The notes beneath the pieces were generated by a model. It was not told where the DNA came from. It was given only the letters and a program-made list of their open reading frames with translations, and searched no databases. DNA of 64,000 nucleotides, taken from NCBI GenBank assembly GCA_017544805.1, contig JAFYDK010000122.1:1764-65763 (forward strand), written 5' to 3'. Of this stretch, positions 46,941 to 55,149 are shown in pieces. Each line of letters begins with the position of its first letter. The stretch's first letter is position 1. The stretch is from Bacteroidales bacterium (GTDB lineage Bacteria; Bacteroidota; Bacteroidia; Bacteroidales; UBA3824). The position numbers and the translations under genes were made by a program.

Positions 46941-48201
46941 AAATTTTTTCTGCTATTTTCTCTCTGTTAAGATTTTCTACATTGACAACTGCGTATGCTG
47001 CATCAGCATAAAAAGGCACGCGTGAGAGGAACATTTCGCGGGCTTTTTCCACAGGGTTTTCGCATTGCAAAAGCGGACGGTTGCTAATATCAAGACCGTC
47101 CAAACAATATTCTACGGGAGCGTAAAGCCAAAGATTCAAAAAGTTTTCGCGTAAGATTTTGCGGTTTTCTTCATTTTTGACAGTACCGCCGCCGCACGAG
47201 AGAATTATATTTTTCTCTTTTGATAATGTTTTCAAAAATTCGGTTTCGATTTTGCGGAAATAATCTTCGCCTTTTTTTGAAAAAATTTCTGAAATTTTCA
47301 TTCCCTCGTTTTTTTCAATTTCGTCGTCAGAATCTATGAATTTATAACCTGTAAGTTTTGCGAGTTCTTTTCCTGAGGTCGTTTTGCCGACTCCCATAAA
47401 ACCTGTCAAAGCAATTCTGCCTTGAAAATCGAATTTATAGTTTTTCAAAGCTTCATACATTTTTTCGGGAGCAATTTTTCCGCCCGTAAAATTTTCGTAA
47501 GAGGGAACTGCTTGATTTACAAGCCAATTTTTGCCGCTCAAAAATTTAAAGCCGATTTTCTTTGCCGGAGTTTCAAAAATCGAATCCTTATAATTAGCGT
47601 CCAAAACGACATGGTCTTTTGTTAATAATTCTGGCTCAAAAACTTTTACGCCCGAGGGCAAAGCCTGAACGATAACAGCAAAATCGTTAATAAAATTTTC
47701 TATGTTTTTTAATTCTTTGATGTTGATGTTAAAGCGCTCTTTCAACGCCTCTAACGCATTGATATTACGAGCGGTAACAGTAACTTCAAGACCGAGATTT
47801 TTTCCTGCGATAATTACCGCGGGAGTTGCACCGCCAGAGCCGATTACAAGCATTTTTTTCTGCTGTAGAAATTCAGGATAGAGTTTGAGAGTAAGTTCAA
47901 CTCCTTTTATATCGGTGTTGTCGCCGCAAAGTTTATTGTCCGAAGAATAAAAAATACAATTAACCGCCTCGGCTTTTTTAGCATTTTCCGAAAGACAATC
48001 AAGGTATTTTATAACATCTTTTTTGAAAGGTGCGGTAACATTAAGACCTTTAAAATCAAGCTGTTTGAAAGTTTTTATCGCTTCCTCCGCTGTTTCGGCG
48101 CAGAGCCTGAAATAATTGAAACTGTCAGAAACCGACATTAAAACAGGGCTTAACGAATGTAAAACGGGGTTTCCCGTTACCGCAAAGAGTTTTGTGTTCA
48201 T
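46909..48201 (-). CDS. Bifunctional shikimate dehydrogenase (AroE) / shikimate kinase (AroK) fusion
   Basis: The N-terminal half has FAVTGNPVLHSLSPVLM and GSGGATPAV (AroE). The C-terminal roughly 170 aa have the P-loop LTGFMGVGKTTSG and ...FIDSDDEIE... (AroK). Confidence 0.85.
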   Translation of the reverse strand: MNTKLFAVTGNPVLHSLSPVLMSVSDSFNYFRLCAETAEEAIKTFKQLDFKGLNVTAPFKKDVIKYLDCLSENAKKAEAVNCIFYSSDNKLCGDNTDIKGVELTLKLYPEFLQQKKMLVIGSGGATPAVIIAGKNLGLEVTVTARNINALEALKERFNINIKELKNIENFINDFAVIVQALPSGVKVFEPELLTKDHVVLDANYKDSIFETPAKKIGFKFLSGKNWLVNQAVPSYENFTGGKIAPEKMYEALKNYKFDFQGRIALTGFMGVGKTTSGKELAKLTGYKFIDSDDEIEKNEGMKISEIFSKKGEDYFRKIETEFLKTLSKEKNIILSCGGGTVKNEENRKILRENFLNLWLYAPVEYCLDGLDISNRPLLQCENPVEKAREMFLSRVPFYADAAYAVVNVENLNREKIAEKIYGQISKTFKI

Positions 48202-48275
48202 ATTTTATGAGTAAAAAAATCTTTGCAAATTTAATTTATTTTTTCGGATTCGGACAATAAAAACGTTAAAAAAAA

Positions 48276-48704
48276 TTATTTCACTATCTGGTAAACACCC
48301 TCTTGATAATCATCTTTATCTACAACGGGTTCGGTTTCGATAAACTGAAAATTAAGGTTAAGAATTGAAGAATATTTTTGTCCTATTTTTAGCATTTCAT
48401 GGTCTTCTTTCTCATAATACCATTTTACGAATATTTGGTTTTTGTTTTTGCACTCGTTGATTGCGGTAATAAGTTTTGCAATTTGTTTTGCGCTTGAGGT
48501 ATTAAAATATGAGAGACTAAACTCAATATCGGTTTTGGGTTGCGGGTTTTCAAAATAATCCTTTATCCATTGAATCAGCGGTTTATAAAAACTTAAAGCA
48601 TCTTCAGCCCAAGAAGTCCCGCTAAAACTTATGAACCCTTTTACACCGTTCATTATTACCTCCGGCGTATCTTCCGTTGCACTGATATTGAGATTTTCAA
48701 CCAT
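48276..48704 (-). CDS. DUF1987 / SiaC-like regulatory phosphoprotein
   Basis: ...TEDTPEVIM...FSGTSWAEDALSFYKPLIQWIKDY...LSYFNTSSAKQI...VKWYYEKED... follows the SiaC/DUF1987 pattern. The gene starts 3 nt after the upstream gene. Confidence 0.7.
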   Translation of the reverse strand: MVENLNISATEDTPEVIMNGVKGFISFSGTSWAEDALSFYKPLIQWIKDYFENPQPKTDIEFSLSYFNTSSAKQIAKLITAINECKNKNQIFVKWYYEKEDHEMLKIGQKYSSILNLNFQFIETEPVVDKDDYQEGVYQIVK

Positions 48705-48707
48705 TTT

Positions 48708-49844
48708 TTATCTGTTAATACATGAAGTCATTTTGAATAATGAATATTCACCTTCGCCTTCTATAAATTCGTATTCTAATGGATTGCGGCTTTTATTTCT
48801 GATTTCGATTAAACCTAATCCCGCCTCTTTGCTTGAATTGATTCTAAAATCGAAAAGTCTTTCGTTATAGAAGTCTTCCCTTTGTTGTTCGTTGAGTGAG
48901 TTAATATGGTCGAGTTTTGCTTTCAAATCATCGACTTTTGATTTTTTTATGTAGTTAATTGTAGTAAGACAATATTTGTCATCTTTTAATGAAATATAAA
49001 AAATTCCTTGACAACCTTCTATGCCAGAAACATTTACATTACCGTGATGAATAATATTTTGCAGCATTTCGACCATAATGCTAATGATTTTTTTCTTGGA
49101 GTTCAGAGTTTCCTTCATTCTGTTTTTCATGATAGAAATCAGACTAAGGAGGCTGTCTTGGTCGAAAACGGCACTGTAAATCAATAATATTGAGTTTTTC
49201 ATGATAAAACTGTGGAGTTTTACCATATAGTTTACGGAATAAACCGATTCGGGTGATTGCTCCGGGGCTTGTTCCAAGGTCGTACCATTGATATTGCTGT
49301 GAAGATAAAAGAACGAAATTTCATCGTTTACTTTTTCGAGTTGATACGAGAGTTTGTTGCCTGATTTTCTTACCATTTCGATAAGACCGAGGCCTGCACC
49401 GCCTTTGCTTGAGAGTTGTCCGTTGCCTAAAACTTCTCTGTAAAATTTATCAAGTTCTTCCGAATCAAGACTATTGATTTTGTCAAGTTTTGATTTCAAA
49501 TCACTGACTTTGCCGTTTTCTATAATATTACCCGTGGTGATATAATACCATTTGTTTTCTTTCTGAATAGAAAACATTGAGTCGGTGATTTCGTTGGAAT
49601 CCTCCGCAGCATCACCATGTCGGGAAATGTTTTGAATACTTTCCACCATGATATGGAAAATACGTTTTTTTATTTTTCCCGAAATTTTGTCCCTGTCGAT
49701 ATTCTTTTCGGCAAGTGATAAAATATGCTGTTGCAGATTTTGAGTAAATTCACCGCGATAGATATAATTGAGGTCTTCTTTTTGAGTAGACTTCATCAAT
49801 TCTATCACAAAATCTTTGTTTGCTATATTGTTATCTGAACCCAT
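48708..49844 (-). CDS. Tandem-duplicated SiaB-like GHKL-type protein kinase (two modules of about 185 aa in one polypeptide)
   Basis: The two halves align to each other: IMVESIQNISRHG vs IMVEMLQNIIHHG; SDLKSKLDKINSLDSEELDKFY vs DDLKAKLDHINSLNEQQREDFY; GGAGLGLIEMVRKSGN vs EAGLGLIEIRNKSRN. The N-box and G-box resemble anti-sigma/SiaB-type kinases. Confidence 0.6.
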   Translation of the reverse strand: MGSDNNIANKDFVIELMKSTQKEDLNYIYRGEFTQNLQQHILSLAEKNIDRDKISGKIKKRIFHIMVESIQNISRHGDAAEDSNEITDSMFSIQKENKWYYITTGNIIENGKVSDLKSKLDKINSLDSEELDKFYREVLGNGQLSSKGGAGLGLIEMVRKSGNKLSYQLEKVNDEISFFYLHSNINGTTLEQAPEQSPESVYSVNYMVKLHSFIMKNSILLIYSAVFDQDSLLSLISIMKNRMKETLNSKKKIISIMVEMLQNIIHHGNVNVSGIEGCQGIFYISLKDDKYCLTTINYIKKSKVDDLKAKLDHINSLNEQQREDFYNERLFDFRINSSKEAGLGLIEIRNKSRNPLEYEFIEGEGEYSLFKMTSCINR

Positions 49845-49909
49845 TGAGTAATATTTTGAAAAAAAACATTAATTTTATTTCGGCAAAAATCAGTGCCAGA
49901 AGTCGCCTT

Positions 49910-49917
49910 CAAAATTA
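49910..49917 (-). promoter_or_regulatory. -7 promoter box (TAnnTTTG on the minus strand) for the SiaB/SiaC-like pair
   Basis: The plus strand reads caaaatta, which is taattttg on the minus strand. It lies about 66 nt upstream of the ATG at 49844. Confidence 0.35.
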
Positions 49918-49991
49918 ATAAATATATTGCAAATTTCTTGCCTTGTTTCAAATTTTTTTTTATTTTTTTTTATTCCTAAAAAAAAACGGCA

Positions 49992-50024
49992 AAGGGCAGA
50001 TTCTTTTTCAAGAAAACTGCCCTT
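49992..50024. terminator. Hairpin terminator downstream of rpoD (T-runs on both strands)
   Basis: Stem aagggcag (49992-49999) / ctgccctt (50017-50024). An A-run precedes it and a T-run follows it. Confidence 0.6.
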
Positions 50025-50144
50025 CCTTTTTTTATAAAAATTCTTTTTTTTATTCAGTCGGCGGGAGTTTTTTTTCACCCGCTAAAAAATTTATTCAAGT
50101 AAATTAACCTTTTTCATTTCATTGGATTAGAAAGAAAATCTTCA

Positions 50145-51005
50145 TTAACCGAGATAGGCTTTCAAAAGATTGCTTCTTGAGGTGTTTCTTAATCTGCGGA
50201 TTGCTTTTTCGCGGATTTGACGCACCCTCTCACGAGTCAGGCCGTACTGATCACCGATTTCCTCGAGGCTGAGCTCCTGACAACCGATTCCAAACGAAAG
50301 TTTCAAGATAGAACGTTCTCTTTCTGTCAAGGTTGAAAATGCTCTTTCAATCTCCTTGCTCAAAGACTCGTCCATCAAATTTCCGTCAGCAACCTGTGAA
50401 TCAGGGTTTTCCAAGACATCAAGCAGGCTGTTTTCTTCGCCTTGTACAAAAGGAGCGTCCACACTTACGTGCTTGCCTGAAACGCGCATCGTATCAACAA
50501 CTTTTTCCTGCGGCAATTCCAAAATACCGCTCAATTCCTCCGGTGAGGGTTTGCGTTGATGCTTTTGTTCAAAATCAGACACCGCCTTGTTGTACTTGCT
50601 CAAAGAACTTACCTGATTGAGCGGCAACCGTACAATTCTTGACTGTTCGTTAATCGCCTGCATAATGGATTGACGAATCCACCAAACGGCATACGAAATA
50701 AATTTGAAACCGCGGGTTTCGTCAAATTTTTCAGCAGCCTTAATCAAACCTAAATTGCCTTCGTTGATAAGGTCAGGCAAGCTAAGTCCTTGATTTTGGT
50801 ACTGTTTTGCAACGGAAACAACGAATCTCAAGTTTGCTCTCGTAAGTTTTTCGATAGCAGACTGATCGCCTTTGCGTATACGCTGAGCGAGTTCTACTTC
50901 TTCTTCTACTGAGATTAACTCGTATTTGCCGATTTCTTGCAAATACTTGTCAAGAGATGCACTTTCTCTGTTGGTAATTGACTTTGTAATTTTTAACTGT
51001 CTCAT
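50145..51005 (-). CDS. rpoD: Primary RNA polymerase sigma factor (Bacteroidota sigma-A)
   Basis: 286 aa. Motifs include ...[37 protein letters not shown]..., ...[10 protein letters not shown]... and ...[18 protein letters not shown]. Confidence 0.95.
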   Translation of the reverse strand: MRQLKITKSITNRESASLDKYLQEIGKYELISVEEEVELAQRIRKGDQSAIEKLTRANLRFVVSVAKQYQNQGLSLPDLINEGNLGLIKAAEKFDETRGFKFISYAVWWIRQSIMQAINEQSRIVRLPLNQVSSLSKYNKAVSDFEQKHQRKPSPEELSGILELPQEKVVDTMRVSGKHVSVDAPFVQGEENSLLDVLENPDSQVADGNLMDESLSKEIERAFSTLTERERSILKLSFGIGCQELSLEEIGDQYGLTRERVRQIREKAIRRLRNTSRSNLLKAYLG

Positions 51006-51198
51006 ATTACAATCAGATTATTATAAAAAATGAATCCTTCTATTTATAAGGACTCCTTTACTTAAACGTATTTTTTATCAAAAAGTTGCGCAAAAGAATA
51101 TATTTAATATTATCTTTACGTTAAGTACAATGTTAATTTTTTTTAATCTTAAAATACGCTTTTTTATTGATATTTTTGCACAAAACAAAATTTTCGTT

Positions 51199-52107
51199 AT
51201 GAAAAAACTTTTAGCGGTGATAGGTCCTACTGCTTCGGGCAAAACGGATATGGCTGTAAAAATAGCGCAAATGCTTGATACTGAAATAATTTCAGCGGAT
51301 TCACGTCAGATCTTTCGCGAGATGACAATCGGTACGGCAGTCCCGGATAATGACACATTAAATAAAGTGAAGCATCATTTTATTCAAACACATTCTGTTA
51401 CGGATTATTATAATGCTTATAAATACGAGCAAGAGGTTTTAACGCTTTTGGAAAACGATATTTTCAAAAGGAAAGATATTGTGGTAATGTGCGGCGGTTC
51501 GATGCTTTATGTTGATGCGGTTTTAAACGGAATTGATTATGCTCCTGACAGGGATGAAAATTTGCGCAACGAGCTTTGGACGCGTTTTGAGATGGAAGGA
51601 ATTGAACCGTTGAAAGAGGATTTAAAGAGGTTGGATCCTTTTTATTATTCTCAATGTGATTTAAAAAATCATACGAGGATTATAAAAGCTTTGGAGGTTT
51701 GTATTCAGACGGGAAAACCTTATTCATCTTTTCGGACGGGAAACGTTAAAAAACGAAATTTTGAGTTTTTTAGAATACCTCTTAATATGGAGCGCAGTCT
51801 TCTTCATCAGAGAATTAACCTAAGAGTTGATAAAATGATGGAAAGCGGACTTTTGCTTGAGGTAAAAAGCCTTGAAAAATATAAAACTTTGATGCCTCTT
51901 AATACTGTGGGTTACAAGGAATTGTTTGAATATTTAGACGGTAAAACGGATTTGCAAACCGCTGTCGAACTTATAAAACGAAACACCCGCCGTTATGCCC
52001 GCAAGCAGATAACTTGGTTTTCCAAAGAGGTTAATAACTCTTGGTTTAATCCGCTTACGGACGAAGAAAAAATTTTAACGGAGGTGGAAAGAATTTCAAA
52101 ACTTTGA
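51199..52107 (+). CDS. miaA: tRNA dimethylallyltransferase
   Basis: MKKLLAVIGPTASGKTDMAV...ISADSRQIFREMTIGTA.... A -7 box tatttttg lies at 51171-51178. The ATG at 51199 is preferred over the ORF-track start at 51130. Confidence 0.95.
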   Translation: MKKLLAVIGPTASGKTDMAVKIAQMLDTEIISADSRQIFREMTIGTAVPDNDTLNKVKHHFIQTHSVTDYYNAYKYEQEVLTLLENDIFKRKDIVVMCGGSMLYVDAVLNGIDYAPDRDENLRNELWTRFEMEGIEPLKEDLKRLDPFYYSQCDLKNHTRIIKALEVCIQTGKPYSSFRTGNVKKRNFEFFRIPLNMERSLLHQRINLRVDKMMESGLLLEVKSLEKYKTLMPLNTVGYKELFEYLDGKTDLQTAVELIKRNTRRYARKQITWFSKEVNNSWFNPLTDEEKILTEVERISKL

Positions 52108-52144
52108 AAAAAAAAACTTTTTTTCTCGGAGAAAAGTTGGTGAA

Positions 52145-54922
52145 TTATTTTTTCACCAACTTTTTAACTGCTTGATTTTTTTCGGTTTTAACGATTACGA
52201 AATAAATGCCGCTTGTTAAATCCGAAATGTCAAATTTATTTTGATTGGTCTCTAATGTTTTTACCTTTTGACCCGAAATATTTAAAATCGAAATATCTTG
52301 AATTTTCTCCTTGGTATCTATCGTAATAAATTCAGAGCAAGGGTTGGGATAAACGGTTAAATTGATTTCGGATTTTGGCATGATGTCAGCAGTGGCTGTT
52401 TCTACGTCATCTTCATTATCGGAGAAAATAACGGTTTGACCCGGAGTCATCGGATAATTAACCGTTTGGTTGCTCACTTCTAATTTTTCTCCCGAAATAA
52501 TCTCGTACCAAGTGCCGCCTTTAGGGAATGCAATTCTTGCGTTCGTGTTGTCGGTGTTGAAATTAACAGCGAAAATCAAATTAGCTTTTTCGGATTTTCT
52601 GTAAATAATTTTCATTAAACTTGAAGCGTCAATTTTCGCCGTGCCATTTGTCATAGCCTCGTTGGTTCTGCGCAATTTGCAGAGTTTTGAATAAAAATCA
52701 TAGAGGCTTTTACGGTTTTCGTTATCCAAGTAGTTTTCAGGATAAGGTTTTTTGTCGGTGCGGGCACCATCGTCTTCTTTTCCCGTTGTCGGATTGTAAT
52801 TGATTGAATAATCATAACCTAATTCGCCGAATTGCCAAATCATTTTAGGACCGGGCATTGAAAGTAAAACCGCTGCCGCACCTTTCATACGCTCAAGAGC
52901 CGTTTTTAAATCTTTAACGTCATATTTTGCCGTTGTTTGACCGTATCTCAAACATTTGAACATCATGCGTTCTTCGTCGTGGCTTTCTGCGTAAGAAATC
53001 AAACCGGGCTTATCAAAATCGTGTTGCTTATAATTCAAAGAATTTAAATCGCAGCCTGAGGAGTAACCCATGGTTGCTTGACAAAACGCATAATTCAAAT
53101 TTCCCCAAAGCATAATGCCGTAATTTGCTAAAACTTTTTCTTCCGAATTGTCAGTTAAATGTTCGCAAATCATGTATGCTTTTGGATTGATTTCTTGCAT
53201 TTTATCATAAATTCTTTTCAAAATATTTATTCTTGACTCATCGTATGCAGAGCATTGTGCATCGTTTGTTGCAGGCGTGTTCGTAAAACCTTTGGTAAAG
53301 TCAAAACGGATACCGTCAATTTTGTACTGTGTCATCCAATAATTCATAACGGAATCTACAAGAGCTTGAGTTTCAGGTGCTTCATGGTTGAAGTCATATC
53401 CCCAAGAATAGACGGTATTGGGAGAATTAACATTAAACCAAGGACTCTCTGAAGTCGTTTTTTCTCCGTCAAAATACAATTTAACGAAAGGGGAGGAGCC
53501 GAAAGCGTGGTTTAGAACAACGTCTTGAATGACAGCTATTCCGCGTTTATGACATTCGTCAATAAATTCTTTGTAATCGTTTTCAGTGCCGTAAGCCTTG
53601 TCCACAGCGAAATAATACGACGGATTATAACCCCAAGAATTGTTGCCTTCAAATTCTGAAAACGGCATTAATTCTATTGCGTTAATTCCTAAATTTTCAA
53701 GATAATCGAGATTTTCTTTTGCGGCTTTAACAGTGCCTTCTTTGGTAAAATCACGGATTAACAATTCATAAATGATGAGGTTTTTTGATTCCGGGGCATC
53801 GAAATTTTTAACTTGCCAATTATAGGCCTTTTTATCAAGTTGAAACGTTGAAACTATGCCGTAAGTTTTGTCTTGCGGATAAGTTAAATTACCGTCATAA
53901 ATATCTTTCGTTAAATATTTGTCGTTGTCGGGATCAAGTATTTTTTCGGTGTAAGGATCTGCTATTCTGATAGTTTCATCAACGATGTATTGATAACCGT
54001 ATTCCTTGTCTTTGTCCAAACCGCTGATGGTGCAGAAAAAATATTTTCCGTCTTCAGAGACTGTCATGGCAGAATTTTGGTTGATTTGCCAATTAGAAAA
54101 ATCTCCTATTAAATAAGCGTTTTTTTTGCCGGGGGCAAACAAAACGAAAGTCGCCGAATTGTCAGAAATTTTGTTAACACCGCGTCTTAAATTTTGGGGC
54201 ATTTCGCCCGTTTTAGCATTTTCTCTTACCACGTATGAAATTGATTTTTCTGCGGTTTCTTGGTTGTTGTTTTTAGCGGTTATTTTTATGATATGACAGC
54301 CGGAAGTTTCAGCGTTGATTTTTATTGAATTACCGCTTTTTGAAAGTTTTTCATCGTCGAGAAAGTAAGAAATTTCTGCTTCTGACGAAGTTGAAACTTC
54401 AACCTCAATTTCTTCGCCGCCGTTTACGAAAATAACTGATTCTGAAGGCTTTTTAACGGTCAGATTAAACTCGTTAGCGGCATAAACTTCTTGAAAAATA
54501 TTTGTTCCGCCGGTGTTTTTGCCTTCTTTTTTGCCGTCAGCACTACGGAAAACGAAAGCCAATTTTTTGACTTTTGCTGCTTGTAAGTCGTCTAAGCCGT
54601 AAAAATCTTTGATATTGCCGATATTTAGCGTGTAAGTGTTTGTTGAAATGCGGCTTAATTTGCATTTTTCGACGTTTTTGTCCCAATCGGCGACAACTTT
54701 TTCCCAATCGCTGTCAGTGCCGCCTTCCAAAATAACGCCTGTGTGGGCATAAATATCGCCGGTGTATCCGCTAAGTCCGCGACTTCCTTGGTCAGCGTGG
54801 AAAGTTATTACAACATTTTGGGATTTAATGTTCGGAAATTCTGGCGAACATTCTATAACTTGACCGCATGAAAAACTTATCGCAGTCAATAAAATCAGTA
54901 ATGTATAAAACAGTCTTTTCAT
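52145..54922 (-). CDS. Secreted GH13 alpha-glucan hydrolase (pullulanase/amylase-like) with N-terminal accessory domains and a T9SS C-terminal sorting domain
   Basis: GH13 regions ...VIQDVVLNHA..., ...IDGIRFDFTKGF..., ...MICEHL... and ...YAESHDEERM. The C-terminus ...LTVYPNPCSEFITI...SGIYFVIVKTEKNQAVKKLVKK is a type A T9SS CTD. Confidence 0.9.
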   Translation of the reverse strand: MKRLFYTLLILLTAISFSCGQVIECSPEFPNIKSQNVVITFHADQGSRGLSGYTGDIYAHTGVILEGGTDSDWEKVVADWDKNVEKCKLSRISTNTYTLNIGNIKDFYGLDDLQAAKVKKLAFVFRSADGKKEGKNTGGTNIFQEVYAANEFNLTVKKPSESVIFVNGGEEIEVEVSTSSEAEISYFLDDEKLSKSGNSIKINAETSGCHIIKITAKNNNQETAEKSISYVVRENAKTGEMPQNLRRGVNKISDNSATFVLFAPGKKNAYLIGDFSNWQINQNSAMTVSEDGKYFFCTISGLDKDKEYGYQYIVDETIRIADPYTEKILDPDNDKYLTKDIYDGNLTYPQDKTYGIVSTFQLDKKAYNWQVKNFDAPESKNLIIYELLIRDFTKEGTVKAAKENLDYLENLGINAIELMPFSEFEGNNSWGYNPSYYFAVDKAYGTENDYKEFIDECHKRGIAVIQDVVLNHAFGSSPFVKLYFDGEKTTSESPWFNVNSPNTVYSWGYDFNHEAPETQALVDSVMNYWMTQYKIDGIRFDFTKGFTNTPATNDAQCSAYDESRINILKRIYDKMQEINPKAYMICEHLTDNSEEKVLANYGIMLWGNLNYAFCQATMGYSSGCDLNSLNYKQHDFDKPGLISYAESHDEERMMFKCLRYGQTTAKYDVKDLKTALERMKGAAAVLLSMPGPKMIWQFGELGYDYSINYNPTTGKEDDGARTDKKPYPENYLDNENRKSLYDFYSKLCKLRRTNEAMTNGTAKIDASSLMKIIYRKSEKANLIFAVNFNTDNTNARIAFPKGGTWYEIISGEKLEVSNQTVNYPMTPGQTVIFSDNEDDVETATADIMPKSEINLTVYPNPCSEFITIDTKEKIQDISILNISGQKVKTLETNQNKFDISDLTSGIYFVIVKTEKNQAVKKLVKK

Positions 54923-55012
54923 GGTATTTTTGATCTATGGTTTCACGTTGCAATAATAAAGGTTATTATGCTGAAAATCTAACTTTTAGTCATTAAAACA
55001 ACTGAAAAAAAG

Positions 55013-55026
55013 CGCAAACGATTGCA
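55013..55026. promoter_or_regulatory. LacI-type operator candidate CGCAAACGATTGCA (copy B)
   Basis: Lies in the divergent GH13/GH13 intergenic region. Its reverse complement is identical to copy D at 59100-59113. Confidence 0.55.
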
Positions 55027-55047
55027 GTTTTTTGGAAAATAAAATTT

Positions 55048-55061
55048 TGCAATCGTTTGCA
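55048..55061. promoter_or_regulatory. LacI-type operator candidate TGCAATCGTTTGCA (copy C)
   Basis: 35 bp centre-to-centre from copy B. It is the exact reverse complement of copy A at 3176-3189. Confidence 0.55.
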
Positions 55062-55149
55062 CAAGTTTTCTTTTAATTTCGTGCTGAAAATGCTTATTTT
55101 TATTTCAATATGTTTTAACATTGCACAAAATAATTATTTAAAAAAAGCG

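Noticed and set aside
49890-50078. 62-aa minus-strand ORF between rpoD and the SiaB-like gene
   Set aside because: It is a Lys-rich translation of poly-A/T spacer and spans the rpoD terminator hairpin.
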